This document shows positions 59,620-64,000 of a stretch of 64,000 bases of DNA, piece after piece. Each line of letters starts with the position of its first letter. The stretch's first letter is position 1. The notes under the pieces were generated by a model. That model worked only from the letters and a program-made list of their open reading frames with translations, did not search any database and was not told the origin of the DNA. Origin of the DNA: Longimicrobiales bacterium (GTDB lineage: Bacteria; Gemmatimonadota; Gemmatimonadetes; Longimicrobiales; Gaopeijiaceae); contig CBDFMQ010000002.1 in the NCBI GenBank assembly GCA_965249725.1, positions 1,760,001 through 1,824,000 on the forward strand, in the 5' to 3' direction. A program made the position numbers and the translations under genes.

Positions 59620-61182
59620 ATGGCCTCCATGTATCCCGAAGAGTTCAATATCGCCGACTACTTCCTGGATGCTCGCATCCGAGAAGGACGGGGGAACCGC
59701 ATCGCCCTCCGAACGGACAACTGCGACTTCACCTACACCGAGGTCCAGGAACTCGCCAACCGCTTCGGTAACCTGTTGCGTGCCGCCGGCGTGGAGCCCG
59801 GACAGCGCGTCATTATTGCGCTTCCGGACGCCCCCGAATATGTGGCGGCCCTTTTCGGGGTGCTCAAGATCGGCGCCGTGGTAGTCATGGTCAACCCGGA
59901 CCTGAAGCCCGACGCCATCGAATATTTCTACCAGTACACAGGCGCGCAGGTCGCTCTGATCCACGTCGAGACGCAGGTTGCCTTCCACGAAGCAGCCCAG
60001 GCCGTCGAGACGCCCCCCCGTCTTCGCGTCGTGGGCGACCACGACTTCGCGACGTCGCTGGACGAAGCCTCCGCCGAGTTGGACAACTACGTGAGCCACC
60101 GGGACGACCCCGCGATCTGGCTGTTCTCGGGGGGCACGACCGGTCAGCCCAAGGCCGTGGTCCAACCACATCGTTCCTTCGCCAACACCACCGATCTATA
60201 TGCGAAGGGTCACCTCCTTTATACGGAGGACGACATCACCCTCTCCGTACCCAAGCTCTACTTCGGGTACGCCACCGGATCGAATCTCCTCTTTCCGTTC
60301 TCGGTGGGTGGGTCGGCCGTCCTCTTTCCGGAGCGGTGCGTGCCGGACGTCCTCTTCGAGAAGATTCGGCGCTACAGACCCACCATCCTCATCAACGTAC
60401 CCACGATGGTAAATCACATGGTGAGCCAAGACGATGCGCGCGCTCAGGACCTCTCATGCCTGCGGCTCGCGACTTCGGCCGGAGAGGCTCTCCCGATGGA
60501 ACTCCACAGCCAATGGAACGACGTCTTCGGTGTCGACCTCCTGGACGGACTCGGGACCGCCGAGATGTGGCACATCTTCCTCTCCAACCGGCCAGGCGAC
60601 GTACGCCCCGGCACGCTCGGAACGGTGGTGGAGGGATTCGAGGTGAAGGTCTGCGGTCCCGGGGGGAACGAGCTGGCCCCCGGAGAGGTCGGATTGCTCC
60701 GCGTCCGAGGGGACTCACGAGCGATCGGCTACTGGGAACAGCCCGAGAAGACGCGCGACGCCTTCGAGGGGAACTGGTATCTGTCCAGCGACATGGTCAG
60801 CCGAAGCGAAGAGGGTGTCTTCACCTATGCCGGTCGTTCCGACGACATGCTCAAGGTGTCCGGCAAGTGGCTCTCGCCAAAGGAAGTCGAGAACTGCCTC
60901 CTTCAGCACCCGGGGGTGGACGAATGCGCCGTGGTCGGGGTCGTCGTCGAGGGGGGACTGATCAAACCGCGTGCCTACGTCGTCCTCACAGAAGAGGCGG
61001 CAGGCCGGGAGCAGGATGAAGAGGCAGGAGGCCGACAGCAGGATGATCTGGCCGACGAGCTGAAGCTCTACGTGAAGGAGACGCTCGCACCCTACAAGTA
61101 TCCACGAGAGATCCACTTCATGGACGACCTTCCACGAACCCATCTGGGCAAAGTGGACAGGGGCAAGTTGCGGAGCATATGA
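59620..61182 (+). CDS. Benzoate/2-aminobenzoate-CoA ligase family protein (AbmG-like by context)
   Basis: FSGGTTGQPK, DGLGTAE, GRSDDMLKVSG and PRTHLGK; divergent from the abm operon. Confidence 0.9.
   Translation: MASMYPEEFNIADYFLDARIREGRGNRIALRTDNCDFTYTEVQELANRFGNLLRAAGVEPGQRVIIALPDAPEYVAALFGVLKIGAVVVMVNPDLKPDAIEYFYQYTGAQVALIHVETQVAFHEAAQAVETPPRLRVVGDHDFATSLDEASAELDNYVSHRDDPAIWLFSGGTTGQPKAVVQPHRSFANTTDLYAKGHLLYTEDDITLSVPKLYFGYATGSNLLFPFSVGGSAVLFPERCVPDVLFEKIRRYRPTILINVPTMVNHMVSQDDARAQDLSCLRLATSAGEALPMELHSQWNDVFGVDLLDGLGTAEMWHIFLSNRPGDVRPGTLGTVVEGFEVKVCGPGGNELAPGEVGLLRVRGDSRAIGYWEQPEKTRDAFEGNWYLSSDMVSRSEEGVFTYAGRSDDMLKVSGKWLSPKEVENCLLQHPGVDECAVVGVVVEGGLIKPRAYVVLTEEAAGREQDEEAGGRQQDDLADELKLYVKETLAPYKYPREIHFMDDLPRTHLGKVDRGKLRSI
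60991..61044 (+). repeat. 27-bp in-frame duplication (EEAAGREQD / EEAGGRQQD)
   Basis: Read directly. Confidence 0.8.
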
Positions 61183-63416
61183 ACATGACGTATCGCGGGA
61201 CACGACCACCGATCTCCACACAGATCTCCACACCGATCTCCACTCCGATCTCCACTAGGATCTCCATGTGGAGTGGCATCCTCACTGCGGCATTCCTGAT
61301 CGCCCCCACCCCCGGCGGCGGGCAAGAGGCGCTCACCATCGAGCGCATCGTCTCGCAGCCGTCACTCACCGGAACCGCGCCGTCCTCGCCGACCTGGTCG
61401 CCCGACAGCCGGCGGCTCGCATTCCTTTGGAACGACTCGGCGATGCCGCGTCGAGAGATATGGATCGTGGAAGGAGACGGTTCGGGGCTACGCCGCCTGA
61501 CCCGGGAGACTGAAGGCAGGGGAGGCGTGGGCTCGCTCGCCTGGACCCCGGATGCGTCGGCGCTCGTCTACCTCCGTTCGGGCGACGTATGGCGTATGCC
61601 CCTGGACGGTACAGACGGCGAGCGCCTCACCCGTACCGGAGGCGGGAAATCGAATCTCGCCGTGTCGCCGAACGGCCGATACGCTTCCTTCCTTCAAGAC
61701 GGGGACCTTTGGCTGCTCGAACTCGAAACCAGGGTCCTGACGCGAGCGACCGCGGTCGGCGTCCCCTCGATCTCCAGCGTTCCGCTCGGGCGATACAACC
61801 GTCCCGACGTCGAGATCGGTCCGTACGTCTGGGGCGGTCCTACCTACGCATGGGCCCCGGACAGCCGAACGATCGCGGTGCACTACGTCGACCGCCGGGA
61901 GATGCGCATCGTGCCCTTCCCGTACTACCTCGGGGACGAGACGCTGGTGAACAACCTTCGTCGGGGTTATCCCGGCGACCCGAACGAGCATCGCACGATC
62001 GGCTTCTACGAAGTAGAAAGCGGTGAGCTGTCTCTGTTGGACCTTCCCGACGCTGATGCGAACCGAGTCGTCGGCTTCTCCTGGTCACCGAGTGGGGCCC
62101 TACTGCTCGACAGAGAGTCCGACACGGCGGTCGATCGCTGGCTTCACCTCGTCGACCCCGCCAATGGGCAGATCGAGGAGATCTGGCACGACCGTCGAGA
62201 AACCCGTGTGTACACAGCAATCGCGTCCGGTTGGCACTCTGACGGTGAGCGTGTCGTGTTCCTCAGCGATATCGGCGACCGCTACGGGCTCTATCTCCTG
62301 GCTGGAGGAGACGAGGCCCCCACGCTGCTCACGTCAGGCCTCTTCGACGTCACGCGGGCACCGCACATCTCCGCCGCTTCGGCCACGATCTTCTACCAGT
62401 CCAACAACCCGAGCCCCTATGAGCGGCACGTCTACCGCATCTCCGACGAGGGTGGCGAGGCGACTAGAGTCACTCGCCTGCCGGGTCAACACCAACCGTA
62501 CCCGTCGCCCGACGGCACCCGTGTGGCGCTCCTCCACACGGACGACGTGAGTCCCACCGAGCTCTACCTGGCGGACGCAGGAGGTGACGAGCCCGAAGTT
62601 CGGATCACCACGTCTCCCCCACCGGAGTTCGGCCGTCGGACCTGGGCCCGGGCGCGTTACGTCACGTTCCCGAGTCGGATCGACGATTACACGCTGCACG
62701 CGCGCATCGTCGAGCCGGTCGACCTCGATCCCTCGAAACGATACCCCGTGGTGTTCGGCCCGGCGTATTCCAACACGGTGCGCAATCGCTGGGCCGGTAC
62801 GAACGGCACGCTTCACCAACTCCTGGTGGAACGCGGCTACATCGTGGTCCAGGTCGATGTGCGAGGCAGTACGGGATACGGCCGGGACTTTCGCGAGGAG
62901 TTCCTCATGGACTTCGGCGGAGAGGACGTCGACGACCTCCAGAGCGCCGTCGAGTACCTGTCCACGCTACCCTACGTGGACCCGGAGCGAGTAGGCATCT
63001 GGGGCAGCAGTTACGGAGGGACGCTCACGATCTACTCCCTCTTCACGAAGCCGGGACTCTTCGCGGCCGGAGTGGCAGGAGCGGCCGCCGTAGATCCTTA
63101 TTTCTTCGGCACGGATGATGTCGCCATCGCGCGGCGTCCGCAGAGCCACCCGGAGGCGTTCGCCCGGGGTGCGGCTCAGTATGCGGGCAACCTCGAGGAC
63201 CACCTCCTGATCATCCACGGCATGCAGGACGACGTGGTGCCCTTCAAGACCACGGTGGCGCTCGCCGAGGAGTTGATGCGCCTCGGCAAGGACTTCGACT
63301 TCGCCTTCGCTCCGGGTGCGACACACGGGTGGACGCGGCCACCTCACTACGCCCGGTATCTACTCGGAAAGCTGGTGGCGCACTTCGATCGGCATCTCGG
63401 CGCGGGACCTCGCTAG
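61179..63416 (+). CDS. S9 dipeptidyl peptidase IV-like protein, exported
   Basis: Propeller repeats (WSPD); GIWGSSYGG, HG.QDDVV and GATH triad motifs. Confidence 0.93.
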   Translation: MNMTYRGTRPPISTQISTPISTPISTRISMWSGILTAAFLIAPTPGGGQEALTIERIVSQPSLTGTAPSSPTWSPDSRRLAFLWNDSAMPRREIWIVEGDGSGLRRLTRETEGRGGVGSLAWTPDASALVYLRSGDVWRMPLDGTDGERLTRTGGGKSNLAVSPNGRYASFLQDGDLWLLELETRVLTRATAVGVPSISSVPLGRYNRPDVEIGPYVWGGPTYAWAPDSRTIAVHYVDRREMRIVPFPYYLGDETLVNNLRRGYPGDPNEHRTIGFYEVESGELSLLDLPDADANRVVGFSWSPSGALLLDRESDTAVDRWLHLVDPANGQIEEIWHDRRETRVYTAIASGWHSDGERVVFLSDIGDRYGLYLLAGGDEAPTLLTSGLFDVTRAPHISAASATIFYQSNNPSPYERHVYRISDEGGEATRVTRLPGQHQPYPSPDGTRVALLHTDDVSPTELYLADAGGDEPEVRITTSPPPEFGRRTWARARYVTFPSRIDDYTLHARIVEPVDLDPSKRYPVVFGPAYSNTVRNRWAGTNGTLHQLLVERGYIVVQVDVRGSTGYGRDFREEFLMDFGGEDVDDLQSAVEYLSTLPYVDPERVGIWGSSYGGTLTIYSLFTKPGLFAAGVAGAAAVDPYFFGTDDVAIARRPQSHPEAFARGAAQYAGNLEDHLLIIHGMQDDVVPFKTTVALAEELMRLGKDFDFAFAPGATHGWTRPPHYARYLLGKLVAHFDRHLGAGPR
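61209..61266 (+). repeat. 12-bp tandem repeat (GATCTCCA core x5; xIST peptide)
   Basis: Cores at 61211, 61223, 61235, 61247 and 61259. Confidence 0.92.
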
Positions 63417-64000
63417 AGTCGATCCACTCCCAGCGCCGCGGCGGGCAGCGTGGTGCGGCCCTCCAGCACCTGCTCCGAGATGATCTGGCCGGTCACGGGG
63501 CCCAGAGTGAGACCCAGCATCGCGTGGCCCGTGGCGACGAAGAGGCCGTCCTGTCCGGGGACCGGCCCCACGTAGGGCATCCCGTCGGGCGTACAAGGCC
63601 TTAGTCCGCACCATTCCGAGCGGGGCGGACCGTCACCCACCCCCGCCACATACTGCTGCGCGGCCGAGGTGAGTTGCTCCAGACGACTGCGCCGGAGTTC
63701 ATGGTTCAACCCCGAAAACTCGAGGGTGCCCGCAAGCCGGGTGAAATTGTCCAGCGGGGTGCAAAAAACCGAAGTCTCCGCGAGCACACAGTGGAGGCTC
63801 ATCGCAGGCGCTCCAGCCCCGGACTCGAGATCTCGGTGGTAGCCCTTCCCCGCCTGTACCGGGAGATGCAACCCGAACTTCGCAGTGAGCTCCTGGCTAT
63901 AGGCACCGGTGGCGAGCACGACGGTGTCCGCTTCTACGACGTCGCCGTCGCTGAGACGGACGCCCTTCACGCCCCCGCCGTTGCTCAGAAGCTCGACCAC
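63413..64000 (-). CDS. D-amino acid dehydrogenase-like FAD oxidoreductase, 5'-truncated by window edge
   Basis: GKGY, WCGLRPCTPDG and TGHAMLGLTLGP motifs. Confidence 0.9.
   Translation of the reverse strand: MVELLSNGGGVKGVRLSDGDVVEADTVVLATGAYSQELTAKFGLHLPVQAGKGYHRDLESGAGAPAMSLHCVLAETSVFCTPLDNFTRLAGTLEFSGLNHELRRSRLEQLTSAAQQYVAGVGDGPPRSEWCGLRPCTPDGMPYVGPVPGQDGLFVATGHAMLGLTLGPVTGQIISEQVLEGRTTLPAAALGVDRL

Noticed and set aside
57567..60171. Apparent 360-aa Rid and 448-aa creatininase fusion proteins
   Set aside because: The N-terminal extensions overlap the SDR or ligase genes; true starts are at 57971 and 59598.

Overview
GC-rich, gene-dense bacterial chromosomal window; gene content and style suggest Gemmatimonadota (inference only). 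It holds about 55 CDS. I saw no rRNA, tRNA, CRISPR array, transposase or prophage. Main blocks: tandem secreted His-motif LVIVD-type proteins; sahR-ahcY; a pilin pair; dnaE; a pst phosphate operon; many exported peptidases; a PLP decarboxylase-DUF1326-DUF2182 operon; an NHEJ locus (ligD, interrupted ku, MerR-TPR gene); and a joined tryptophan to anthranilate to 2-aminobenzoyl-CoA catabolic cluster (kynA, kynU, abm-like genes). Best candidates for undescribed biology: (1) two PstB subunits with complementary degenerate motifs, predicting one active and one dead ATP site, alongside a PhoU fused to a catalytically dead ArsC/LMW-PTP domain; (2) a creatininase-family gene sitting in a kynurenine/abm cluster that lacks kynB; (3) a MerR-HTH+TPR gene following ku. 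All family calls come from motif recognition by eye, not database searches. Start codons were adjusted by hand where noted.
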